From positions 248,001 through 312,000 of the forward strand of contig JBEUKZ010000032.1 of assembly GCA_048128005.1 (NCBI GenBank): DNA of 64,000 nt. The letters are read 5' to 3'. Source of the stretch: Veleropilina oligotropha. Lineage: Eukaryota. Made by a program: the position numbers and the translations under genes. The notes under the pieces are model-generated. The model did not search any database. It saw only the letters and a program-made list of their open reading frames with translations, and had not been told where the DNA came from. Of this stretch, positions 32,423 through 43,930 are shown piece by piece; the first letter of the stretch is position 1, and each line of letters starts with the position of its first letter.

Positions 32423-35400
32423 CAACCGCAAATCCTCGTTTTCGGTTACATTCCAGACACGTTAAGCGCACGTTGTTGCGGGTGTGGCCCCTGCTGTTGT
32501 CCACACGGTCGACACTGAACTGCTGTGTGTCTTTGGGCTGGTAGGCCCAGAGCAGCTCTATGTTGCATGCCGCGCAGCGGTTGTTTTGGGCGTCTTTGAG
32601 CTGCAGGATGTTATCGACCTTGAGGTTAAACCCCGGGAGACCCTTGGCCTGGTCCTGGCGCTTGTATGCCACGAGCTTTCTCTGGATAGTCTTTCGGAGC
32701 TGCTGCTCGGTTTGGGGCGGCCTGTCCTCAGCACCCTCATCCGGAGGACAGGTTACCCGTTCGAGCTGATGCAGATGCTCCACCCGGGACACGGCTAGGT
32801 AGGCGAGATTACTCCACTGAAGGTAGTCATCGATGATCCAGACTTTCTGTGGGTCGTGAATCGTAAGACCCTGGCTCGAATGGATGGTGAGAGCATAGCC
32901 CAGGCGCCAATCCGGGGTCAGGATTGCCCGCTCAGCGGCCTCAATGGTGACCTCGACGACGTCGTTCAGAACTAGCTCCTCTCTTTCGTCGGTGCCCGGA
33001 ATCGTTACCATAATGTTTTGCTTACGGGTGTCCCTGGGGTGGTACAGGATAGGTACCAGGGAGTCTGGGAAGTGCTCCTTGTGCCTCTGGAGCAACAGCT
33101 GTTGAGCCCGTTCGCGTACCTTCTGACGGCTGGTGAGGATTAGGTCGCCTGGCCTCCAGGTGTTGACGAACCGATCCCATCCGAGGCAGCTGGGGAGCGT
33201 CTTACGCATCTCGTCGCACTGGACTTTGTCGGGCTGGAGACGTATCCGTCTTTTCAGGGCTTGGAGGGCAGGGTCGTCTTTCGCCCTGTAGTCTACTTCG
33301 ATCTCTTCATAGTAGTCCGCGGTCTGTCGCAGCCAATCGTGCGGCATCTCGCCCGTAATCGGTGGTGGCTGGCCTTGATCGCCACAGCAGATAACCTGAA
33401 CTTCGTGGTGGCCCAGCCAGTCCAAGAACATCTCGAGGATGTGCCGGGGAACAGTACAGACCTCGTCCCAGATAATGACGCGGGGGATGAACTTCTGACC
33501 CATGCGATCAGGCGTCCAGTCGTTCTGACCGCTCCATCGGAAGAAGCTGTGGTAGGTCTGGGCTGGCGTTTGCGGTGGGTTGGCGTGAATACAATGGGAT
33601 TTCTTGCCCGGAAGAGCTCGATCGCTCTCGTAGTCTTGCCACAGCCCCCTCCACCGTTGAGGTAACTCAGGCGATGGTGGGTCAGTGTATCATTGTAGCA
33701 TGGCGTGGTGCTTGGCGGGAGGTCCTTCTCGGACTGCGTGTACTCCGGCTTGGGCAGGTATGCGGCATGTTCCTGTGGCATATACAGCTGTTCGCCCTTG
33801 TCACGCCACTGGGCTGGTGCTACTGGCGGAAGGTACGGCTCCCCGATCAGACAGGAGATGCACGATTTCTCGCCACAGTCGCAGAGTTTGGGGGCAACGT
33901 ACGCCGCGACATCGTCGAGCTTCTCCAACGAGGCCTTCTTGAGGTAGATGCTGTCAGTGGCCACTCGGACGGCTTCTGCTGCACTGAAACGCTGAAGCAT
34001 TGAGAGAAGGTTGATGTGGGCATATGCCAGCATCGAGGCCCTCAGGTGGGCGTACTGTGGCTGAGAGCCATCATAGTATGTGAGGATGTGACCCATAGGG
34101 CACCTTTGAGGTGCGCCGACCAGGGTACCGCTTTGGCGGGTGTCTCTTACGAGGAAGTCGAGCTCACCCTGGTCGGTCACCAGTCTACGAGTCAATCGTT
34201 TGCCATCAGCCTTGGCGCCTTGGGTGAACTTGCCGATAATGCTGCAGCCCTGGTCACGGTTCTCAGGAAGCCAGACCTCGAGTTGCTTTCTGAATGTGAT
34301 GATGGCTTCTCGGATCTTGAGGGTCTTCACGAGGCCGGACTCTACGAGGTAGGTGAGCAGAGGCGTCGGGGCCCATCCATTCTCTGCAAAGTGCTTTCCG
34401 AACCAGGCGGGAATGACGGGGTGGATGTCTTGTGCGAACTCCCATTCCACGACCTCAGCAAACCCGGTGCCGATATCTTCGGGAAGAGGACCGTTAATTG
34501 CGACCCGGGTCATGCTGTGGGTTGGGTGTCCGAATCTTTCGAAATACGGCTTAGCCTCGCCCTTCCCCAGAAAGCTGGCAGGGTAGCAGGCTTTCATGTC
34601 GATGCAGCAGATATCTCTCGTGTCGTAATTCATGGAATTCCAAAGGCCGCCGTGACCATGCTCTACGCAGGCCTTCTGGATATCATCGAGCAGGCTGGCC
34701 GGGGTAGGTTTCCAGCCGTTGTTCTCTTTGGCCATAATGCTAGCTGCATGGTTCACGCCAAAGGCCCGATCGGCAAGAGACTCATTCCCCAGCGCTGTAC
34801 AGGCTTCTTGGAGTCTTTCGTGATCATCTTTTGTCCTGTACGTGCGGCCGTCCTGAAGCACGAACTGGTTCACGCTGAGCTGTCGGTCTGTACCGCCAAG
34901 GAGCCAGACAGCCAATGGCTCATTATGTGTGGCTTGTCGGATAGCTTCCCAGACATCGCCCTCATACAGGTGGACCTCGCGAGACTGCGGGAAATGAAGG
35001 TCCTTGGACCAGGCGTGGCCGTTGTGACAGATGAGTTCGACTGGTCTATGCCAGCCCTGGTACTTCCCACTGACGTAGATGTCGGCACCTGCGATGTCTC
35101 TCAAGATGATCGCCCGCTTCAGTATCTTCTCGAGGATGGATATATATCATCCACAGTGGCGCCTGTTACATGGACTCGCTCTTCCCACTCCTGTATTTTT
35201 CGTCTTCGTGTCGGAGTGAGTCCGTTTCCTCTCATGGCACCTTCGAAGTGCTCAACCACTCTCTGGGCAACGCAGTTGAGGTCACCGTTTTTCATTGGTA
35301 CCAGGTTGGCGGGGTTTGGTTCTCTGAGAGGGTAGAGGCCATAGACGACTGCAGTGACCGGGTAGGCGTTCTCGTAGTAGACTTTGTCGACCCCAGTGAT

Positions 35401-36224
35401 AGCACCCGGCTTAGTGTCATGGGATATCTCAAAGACACCCTGGCCCTTCTTTCTCGCAGCTTTCACCGGGTCAAACTTGTCTTCGACCACCCAGTCGCCT
35501 TCACCCCACTCACGCAAGAACTTTACTCTAAGGACATACTCGCCCTTTGGAAGGGCTGTGAGGAGCTGTGCCGCCCTCGCGTCTGTCATACGGGCATCCA
35601 GCGCTTCGATGCCGTGTTCGATCTTAATGTCCACTTCTACCCTCCATGTGGAGAAGGCCGCCGCGGCGCCATCGACCTCAAACTCCTCTTTGGCGTCGCT
35701 CAAGAGTTCCACCCATGGCTCTTTTGCCGGGAGCCTTACGGGGGGAGGGGCCTGGACATCCAGTTCGATGAATGGTTGCCCCTCTGTTGTGGTAAACAGC
35801 CCTAGAAGATCCTTCTGGTAGTCCTGGGCTTTTTGGAGATGAGAAGATCGGGCCCCTTCCGAGCAATAGCCCGGGCAAGGGTCTCTTTCCGAGACCGCTT
35901 GACGATTCGATCCGTGATGGCGCGAAGTGGCTTCAGTCGAATCCCGGGCGTTTTCTCAGCTCGGATTTCGTATTTACGGACCTTGAGGGCGACGTCGACC
36001 TCGTCCTTAAGCTGCCGCAATTCGCGAGCACGTCGGCCTCTTTTGTGGGGGTTCTCCACATCCCCACGTATGGAGGGGAACCTTCCAGTTTTCATCGCCC
36101 GCTCGAGTCTCCTCCGAAACTCCGCAGCACGGACCATGGCTATTGCCCAGATGAGGTCGCGTTTCTTGAGCTTCGACCGAGCGGGAAGCCCGTAAGCTTT
36201 CGCTAAATTCCGCAGTTCATCCAT
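32412..36224 (-). pseudogene. Multidomain replication protein (Rho-N-like, divergent PolB, SF1 helicase, HNH-like) split by three frameshifts
   Basis: ORFs 35802-36224, 35119-35712, 33293-35104 and 32412-33503 join at ~35840, ~35144 and ~33567. Motifs: IDMKACYP, IIGKF, VATDSIY; GGGGCGKT, IIWDE, CGDQGQ, TIHSSQG, YLAVSR; CAAC...SVDRVDNSRGHTRNNVRLTCLECN. Confidence 0.85.
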
Positions 36225-36272
36225 GTTGCTGGGTGGGTATACACTACGCCAAGCATTCCTCTAATAGGAAAT

Positions 36273-36548
36273 TTACGTGTGGTAAATTACAGCCATGCGG
36301 AGAAACTCTCTCTCGAAGGCCCTTTTCTTTCGTCCCCAGTCCTTAACGTCCTCATTCCGATACCCACAACCCCGGCACAACGTAAACCGGTTAAAGACGC
36401 CTTTGCCGCATTTGATGCAGGGCTTTGTGCCCCAGCCATTTCGCCGTTGCCGAGCCAGATGGACTTTGCAATACTCGCTCAGACAGCTCTTACCGCATAG
36501 CTCCGTGGAGCTGATGGTAAGCCATTGACAGGTGTCATAGCCCTTCAT
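36273..36548 (-). CDS. Small Cys/His-rich zinc-finger protein
   Basis: C..C...C...CKVH followed by CIKC...CRGC in 91 aa. Confidence 0.7.
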   Translation of the reverse strand: MKGYDTCQWLTISSTELCGKSCLSEYCKVHLARQRRNGWGTKPCIKCGKGVFNRFTLCRGCGYRNEDVKDWGRKKRAFEREFLRMAVIYHT

Positions 36549-36561
36549 CGTATCCTTTGCA

Positions 36562-36900
36562 TTGGATATACCCGTCCGATGGGTATGTCTAAAAGAGAGC
36601 CCGGGCCGGCGAGGGTTGTGGGCCGTCCCTACGGGCTCTTACTACATGCTACTATATCGGCGCAAAATAGCTGGTCGTGTTAGACGCTGTGTAGTTATAC
36701 TTGAAAGCAACATGCCGCAGAAAGCCGTTCCCAGGTTGCGCGGCGCGAAAAGTTCCCAACGCATCAGGACCCTCTTGAAATCGGGCTACGACATTTTGAT
36801 TGTTGACCTCGACGATGGTGAACAGGCGGTCTTTAAGAAGAAGACCAAAGGCGGTAAGAAGGGAGTTTTACACAATCGCCGTCCCTCAGTTCCGAAATAG
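36562..36900 (+). CDS. Possible small basic viral ORF (start uncertain)
   Basis: Open frame between the zinc-finger gene and the right TIR. Confidence 0.35.
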   Translation: MDIPVRWVCLKESPGRRGLWAVPTGSYYMLLYRRKIAGRVRRCVVILESNMPQKAVPRLRGAKSSQRIRTLLKSGYDILIVDLDDGEQAVFKKKTKGGKKGVLHNRRPSVPK

Positions 36901-36945
36901 GGCTGGGAGCCTTATTTTCCCATTCTAAAAAGTACACCCACCCCC

Positions 36946-37144
36946 CCTGCTCTGTACACACGGTGACTTTTTGTAATACACGCTATACCCTGGGGTCTGA
37001 ACAGGTGCTGGGAGCCCCCACCCCCGGGCCCCCGGACCCCACCCTAACTCCCTAGTCCCCCTCAGTAATACCAGCTCAGTTCCGAAATAGTGCTGGGAGC
37101 CTTATTTTTCCATTCTAAAAAGTCCAATCACCCCCCCTGCTGCT
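36946..37144. repeat. Right TIR of the endogenous virus
   Basis: Ends CCCCCCCTGCTGCT, followed by AGACA. Confidence 0.95.
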
Positions 37145-39412
37145 AGACAGCATCATGATCGCCCTCAATTGCTAAGTTATTACACGTGCGATTCATATGA
37201 AAAATAAGAAACGGGTTCTGCCGTTTCATAACAGGTTTGTCATGTACATCTTATATGAAGAGTGAAGGCTCGACTATCCTGTGAAACTCACCGGCCCTGG
37301 ATAGTTGTGGAGCTGAGAAATCTCACTACTCTTAGCGAATCATAGTCAGTATTAATGAATCGGGTTCGATGCTCTTACCCCGACTCATTTGTCTATGCGG
37401 CTTTACACGTGCGCGTAGATGGGTGTTGTAGTTTATTGATCTGTGAACGGTCTTAATTGTTTGGATGCTTTGCATGTTTAGTGACAACTTTAACAATTTT
37501 TGAACAGTTAAATTCCCCTCGTGAACGAACTTTTCTAACCATACGTAAACATAGGTTATTAAGTTATTCTGAATGTCTTAGCAATAACAAAATTGGTTAC
37601 GCAAAAATGTTTGCATAACCGAACGGTGGGTTACACAGAAAATGAAACGTCAAAAGGGTTTAATGCAAATTGAAATTGAAATTACAAGACCTGCTGGCCG
37701 CAATATTATTTATCTACCCAAAAACGGTGCATTTGACTTGATTTGGATCTAAGCCTCCTGGGAGACAACAACAGCTAATTATGTAAATTTACAGTTTTAA
37801 GTGAAATCTACATTTAATAATATGTTTGTACAAGATAAAGTGGTAGCGGATGTCCAGGTTTTGGTTAGTTGTTCAGCTTCCCAATCACCGAATATACCAG
37901 TAAAGCATTTCTTGTCTCCCCTGACTATTCCTCAATCAGAAAATCGATTAAAATTGCTCACGCTTTAGATGTTCGTTGCTATTTATAAATATTTAAGTTT
38001 TGTGTCTTGTGCAAAATTTGGTGCATAAAGTTCTCAATCTTAAGAGCACATGGATAGCGGAGAGTGCCTTCTTTTAAGCATTGGAATGACCTGTTGGTTG
38101 GGTTCGATCTCAGGGGCCACCAGTAACCTAACGCTCGGATGAAAGTTTGACGTACTACAACCACTCACTCACAGAAGCTCACTGTTTGCAGTGGGGTGTC
38201 CAGTCTCAATTATACTCATTTATGAAATTCTCCTTGTTTGACAATTTCATTGTTTAAATACAAATTTAAGTGGGTCAGAGTCAAAGCATATAAATAGATA
38301 AACAGGCCTGGGCATATTATGTTTCAGATGATTTTAATTACCCTTTTAATATAGAGATGTCTTACATTCGAAGAAAAGAGCTGCTGGCGCTTCAGGCTTC
38401 CATTTCGTTATTTGAAAGTGTTTTAAATAATTAATGCTACTGCCATAGTGATCACATTATTCACAACTCGCTCATGAACGTTCATTAATATGTGTGCTAA
38501 ATGACAGCCTATGTGCTGTATTAATTAGGTCAGGCACACAGGTTTAGATGAATCTTGAGGACTCAAATAATAAACAACACTATTGTCGCACTGATTACAG
38601 ATGAACTGAACATCTGTCACAGTGTGGATGTTTGTGCGCGTACATTTACTAATTGCTATTCAAAGGAAAACACAGGCAAGAAATACACAATGATTATGAA
38701 TCAAACTGTTTCAATGACCGGATGATTTATACAAAAACGAGCACAACACACAGCCAGAATAGGATGTTCAGTGAAATACCTGAAGTCTGACAACAAGTCG
38801 ACAACGACGTTATCAATATAAGACTTAGTCGCTATTATTGCCTTTAACAGTGACATCTGGGCGACTTCACAAACACAGCTCAATCCTCCAGCATTCACCA
38901 TATGCATGCACTAGATAACTAGCAGTGATACTGTATATTATGTATTACTGCAGTGTGGCAATTACAAACTACTGTGCAAATAACATTTTAACCTTTTAAG
39001 TGGGATTTTTAGAGTCCAATCAAAATCGATAAAATAAATTATAATCATTAACACACAAAAAATAGCGTCTTCCACTAGACTTACTAGTAGTCAAGTTCTT
39101 TATTGACCTTTTTTCTATGATTGTGATTCGGTACTTCAGTCTGAAACATAATTCTTCAAAGAAAAGTCATGTGATTCCAGTGAATTCATCTACGAACTTG
39201 CATGCATAGGCAAATGGTAAAACTGTTGGTGTAACGATGTGTTAATTTGTTGAAAGTCCTGTATGTCTTTCTTGTTTGAAATGACAGAACACAATCTCCC
39301 AAATCAAGCAGGGCGTGCTTTAATTATTTGGAGTTAGCCTGCCATCAGGCCAAAATTGTATTTACCCTGCCATAGTCTAATGCGGCCTTCCAAATTGTAT
39401 TTCATTGATCAT

Positions 39413-39752
39413 CAGAGCCCATATTCATGAAGATGGGATAAATTTAACCTAGAATAGCGAGTAATCCAAGGATAGTTATACCGAGGTTATGGTGAAGATG
39501 TTGTTGGTATTCACGAAGCGGTAATAAGCAGTGGATAGCTATTCAGCTGTGCTCAAAATAAATCAGGGAATCCCCGCTTGCTGCGCATGACTAGCACATC
39601 GTTCTCGAATCAAATTTGTCGTAAAAATCACTCTCCAGTTTGAGAGAGTTTTATAATGACGACACTGCATAGGAGAGTGCACAGATTTATCCTGAGGATA
39701 GATTTTATCCTCAGGTTAAGGCGCTATCCTGTCTTCATGAATACGGGCCCTG
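39413..39752. mobile_element. MITE (PIF/Harbinger-like TIRs)
   Basis: CAGAGCCCATATTCATGAAGA ... TCTTCATGAATACGGGCCCTG. Confidence 0.65.
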
Positions 39753-39840
39753 AACACTAATTAAAGATGAAAAGCTCAAAAGATCGCCATTGTTTCCATC
39801 TTCTATCTTTCCAAACATGTTTTACAACACTGAATAATGA

Positions 39841-39953
39841 TAACGAACCCTGCTGACCGACACTGACCCTAATGCACATGGAATATATTTCTAACCCTAA
39901 ATTGGATATATTCCATGGGCATTAGGGTCAGTATTAGTAAGCAGGGTTCGTTA
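39841..39953. repeat. Imperfect palindrome, probably the end of a non-autonomous element
   Basis: TAACGAACCCTGCT...CTGACCCTAATGC.CATGGAATATAT / ATATATTCCATG.GCATTAGGGTCAG...AGCAGGGTTCGTTA. Confidence 0.8.
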
Positions 39954-41377
39954 CTGTAACCATTATAATATTTTTCACGTTCGCGAGTCTTACATGAAGT
40001 GCTTGCCTGGAAAATTGCACATGTGGTTAAAAAAATAGAAAAAAAATATCATAAAAGAATGTTGAAAGCAGTTATCATCTTTCTCCTTTTTTATGTCTTC
40101 ACCTTTTTGACAAAAAAGGACAAGACATTATCAAATGGTCCGTGTGTATATACTTATATATATATATATATATATATATATCCGCTGATTTTCTCGAAAA
40201 TTACTGAACCAATTATCCTGAAAATTGGTCCACACATTCCCAAGATTATTTGTAGGTCGTGTATATAACTTTCGCGACATAATTTTGCAAAAATATGCAT
40301 TTATTAGGCACTTTTATTCATATTTGTATATAGCGTATGTCTAATATTGCAAGCAAATAGCAATGACGTCATTACGACGTCGCTTTAGATTAATCGTCAT
40401 TTGGTGACGTCACAATCGACGGGGTAGTAAATTAAGCCATGAAGTACTTGCACTTAGCCATTGTATTAACTGTTATGAAAATTTGAGGGAAATAAAGAAA
40501 GGTCAAGACATATTCCGAACGCGTCGTTCTTGTTTATGTTTCAAACCTAAGTTGAAAAGATAGGAGATGGATACGGTGACAAGCTTTGGAGCTTCCATCT
40601 TTAAAATTGTACATGGAAGTAAGAAGTTAGAAGTAATGTTGTCCTTTCGAGCTTTCCATCCGTGAATAAAGAAGATGGAAAGCTGAAATGTCAAGTGTCA
40701 CACGGAGCCACAAGGATGCAAAACCTTGACTTTCACCTTGTATCTTTGTTGGACAGAAAATAAGTGTGGATGACTATTGACCATTATTACCACAGTCCTG
40801 CAAATACGCTTTCCAAATACTATGTTATGAAATTCAGAATATATACAGATATATGGCAAATAAAATAACATGATTGATCTATATTTTCTGGTATCATTTC
40901 TCATCCAATTTGCCAGTGTTCATGATGTGTATAATTAGAGTAACGAAGTCATTTGGGAAATTTTCTAAACAAGCTGTCTTCCCAATGGATTCCATGAAGA
41001 AACGAAGTGACAATGACGAGTTCATTAAGAAATACATTTATTATGGACCAAATAACTAATATTTAATATTGAGTGCTATTATTCATTTTGTTGACAAAAT
41101 TTACGTAACTTACTGAAAAGAACAAATTATAATATATATATATATATTTATTGACAATTTGACATAAATGGTCTAGGCGGACAATGCGACTTGAATAATT
41201 GCGAAGTCGCGAATGCATAAATTTGGTCACACTGATAAGCATATGTATGCATAAATTATAACTTTTGTTGGTCCGCATGTCATCGCATACACCGACAATG
41301 GTGTAATTAAGAGGGATGATCAGTAAGCAGTATGCCCACTCCTTGTTCTGGTTTATTGTATGCTCGATGTCTGTACT

Positions 41378-41680
41378 GTATATAGCGCATTAATACGCAA
41401 AAGTCTCAATGCGCTGAACATTATTATTTTATTATTCATGGTAATGGGCCTGTTACACTCGATATAATACCCTCCATCTGGGAGCATAATACTATGTACA
41501 GTCATTTACAAGCGGGTAGCACAGTGACTTACATAACTGCCAACCAGGTACCCATTCAGATCGGCTGGGTGGACAGAGGCAAATATATGCTTATTTCCTT
41601 GCCCAAGGGAAATCGCCGAGCTTTGGGGGCGAACCCGGGACTCTGTGACCAGAGTCCTGTGAGCAACCCACTGAGTCGGT
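41378..41680 (-). mobile_element. SINE-like remnant
   Basis: TATATAGCGC...ATGCGCT tail, CAGGTACCCATT...GCTGGGTGGAC core, TTGCCCAAGG...GAACCCGGG (reverse B-box). Confidence 0.55.
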
Positions 41681-42894
41681 TAAAAAATATCGCCAAAAAC
41701 TGTATGCAAAACAAAATGAGGTTTTTAATTAAACCTAATATTAGTTAAAACATACTTACGTCCTTACTCTTGCCATAATAGTCATATTATCGCCAACCGG
41801 AAACAGTGAATAAAGTCACATTTAGGCACTTATTAAGTCTAAACGTACTATGATTACCTCCCCTGCTCCCGCTCTCTAAGTTCCCCCGGCGAGATCTCGC
41901 CAAGTCTCGCGAGATATCCGAGCTCGAGATCACAAGACCTCAATTCAAAGTTCAGAACCCCAAAGGAACTTAGTAGAGGGGAGGAATGCGAAACGCAGGG
42001 TGGGTAATCGTAGTAAGGACGTAAGTATGTTTTAACTAATATTAGGTTTAATTAAAAACCTCATATATAGTTACAAACTACTTACGTCCTTACTCTTGCC
42101 AGAATAACCTTGGATAGGTGGGTAAGAAGTTCCTTACAGCAAACCCAAACAAGATAATGACTTACTTTTCACCATTTCAATCAGCTCGAAGCGTCGATTG
42201 TGTCCGCCCAGAGTGGAATTTACTGAGAATTATATTCAACTCTTACCAAGCGAGAATTTCGACCAGTGTTACCGGGAGAATACGCCGTGGTGTTAGTCGG
42301 ACGAGGTGAACGGAAGTGCAATCAGCCCCAGGCACGGCCGGAAGGATGGATCCTTGTAGGTCTTACGTGTCATGGGCCGGTGGCAGCCAAATGGTACTCC
42401 TGGCCAAAGGCCGGTAGCCAGAGGATGCAGTCGGATTTGTAAGCACACGGAACCTAATAGGTTGTGAAAGCGTGAAATCAAAGCAAAGAATTAATAGATT
42501 AAATAAATAATCGATATTAATAATTGATTCGCATGACCAACTTGCGAAACGCTAACATGTAAGACATGTTACTTAAAATAAATTTTAAGGAAGCAAATTT
42601 TAAATTTTTTTCAATGTCATGAACATCGTATGTTCTTTGTAACAGCTTAGAACATCAATAATATTGAACCTCAAAATCCTATAAGATTTTCGCAATATAA
42701 TTGTTTATTAATTCAATGTGATCTGGCTTGTCAATATACTCAGGTATGACATGAAGTACAAAATCTTAAAATGTTTTTAAGAAATGAACAGACATTGAAT
42801 CGCCTCATATGTGTCTATTTCATAGAACAGCTAGGCCAACAAATAACAATGCGTCAGCATGAATTATGTAAATTGATCAATCAAGAAACAATAC

Positions 42895-43930
42895 TTACTG
42901 ATTAGACGACCTCGGTCTAACAATACAACGTTGAGCAGCCACACACTGTAGAGTGCTCAAACAGTCAGCCCCGGTTGAATAGTCCCGCAGATAATGTTTA
43001 ACAAAGACATTAGCATTCTTCCAGTAACCTGCTTGAAGCAACGCTGTGATATTTAAATTATGTCGGAAGGCAATGGAAGCCGCAATTGCACGGACCTCGT
43101 GCGCGCGCACAGATAAAATAGTGCGGTCTACTTCTTCACAGCGAGAGTATACATCTCTCACCACCTGTGAAATCCACCGCGAAACAGTCGTCTTTGTAAT
43201 GTCGTGGGTGAAGGAAGGTAAATACGAAATGAATAAACGTAATTTTCCCTGCCGCAGATCACGGGTCCTGTCGAGGTAGAAGCGCAGGGCCCGCACGGGG
43301 CAATTTAACCGGTCCTCATCATGCCTTCCGACCAGCGTAAGCTTAGGGATAATAATATCAGGTGCGTCCTCGTTCGGCCGTTGGTTCTTGGCGAGAAAGC
43401 CCAGAATAGGACGCAGCATCACCGACCCGTCTGACTGGAATCGAATATCTCGTAGCTCGGCGGATAAGCTATGAATCTCGGAACAACGCCTGCCCGACGC
43501 TAAGGCGATCAGAAAAACCGTTTTGTGCGTCAAGTTCCTCATAGACACCGTGGACATCGGCTCGTACGGGGGTAAGTGTAGAGCGTTAAGAATTAGAACG
43601 ATATTCCAGGCAGGTGGCCGTATGGTTCGGGTCGGCATTTCGAGCTCGTAGGATCGTATAAAATCCAATATCGTTCGGTCGCTAGATAGGCCAACATGGG
43701 CACGACACTGTTTTAACGTGGTCGCGATCGTTGCCCGATAGCCTTTAACGGCGGACACTGACATACCGCGGTCAAAGAGCGACGATAAAAACTCGATAAA
43801 CTTGTTCACAGGGGGACGGAGAATATTGACCTGCCGGCTGTGACACCAATCCACGTACTTGACCCATCGGTAGTCATAAACTTTTGTCGTGGAAAGCCTT
43901 CTCGATCGGTAAATGCGTAGGGCTGTTGCG
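42895..43930 (-). pseudogene. DIRS copy 2 tyrosine recombinase (catalytic part open; 1-bp deletion near 43935)
   Basis: ASGRRCSEI, HEVRAIAAS, FVKHY; alignment to copy 1 shows one A lost. Confidence 0.85.

Larger units (their letters stand above)
21685..37144. mobile_element. Complete endogenous Polinton/Maverick-like DNA virus
   Basis: 199-bp TIRs starting AGCAGCAGGGGGGG; AGACA TSD (21680-21684, 37145-37149); integrase, ATPase, capsid-like and polymerase-helicase genes; dense intronless ORFs; GC much higher than the flanks. Confidence 0.93.

Noticed and set aside
32412..33700. Helitron interpretation of the Pif1-like helicase
   Set aside because: No HUH Rep motifs or Helitron ends seen; the helicase is fused to PolB-like motifs inside a TIR/TSD-bounded element with capsid genes
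34016..35335. 439-aa plus-strand ORF
   Set aside because: Antisense to the motif-bearing polymerase frame in GC-rich DNA; no motifs of its own
21685..37144. Bacterial prophage or contaminant
   Set aside because: Clean TSD-flanked junctions with animal repeat DNA, an rve integrase and no recognisable phage genes
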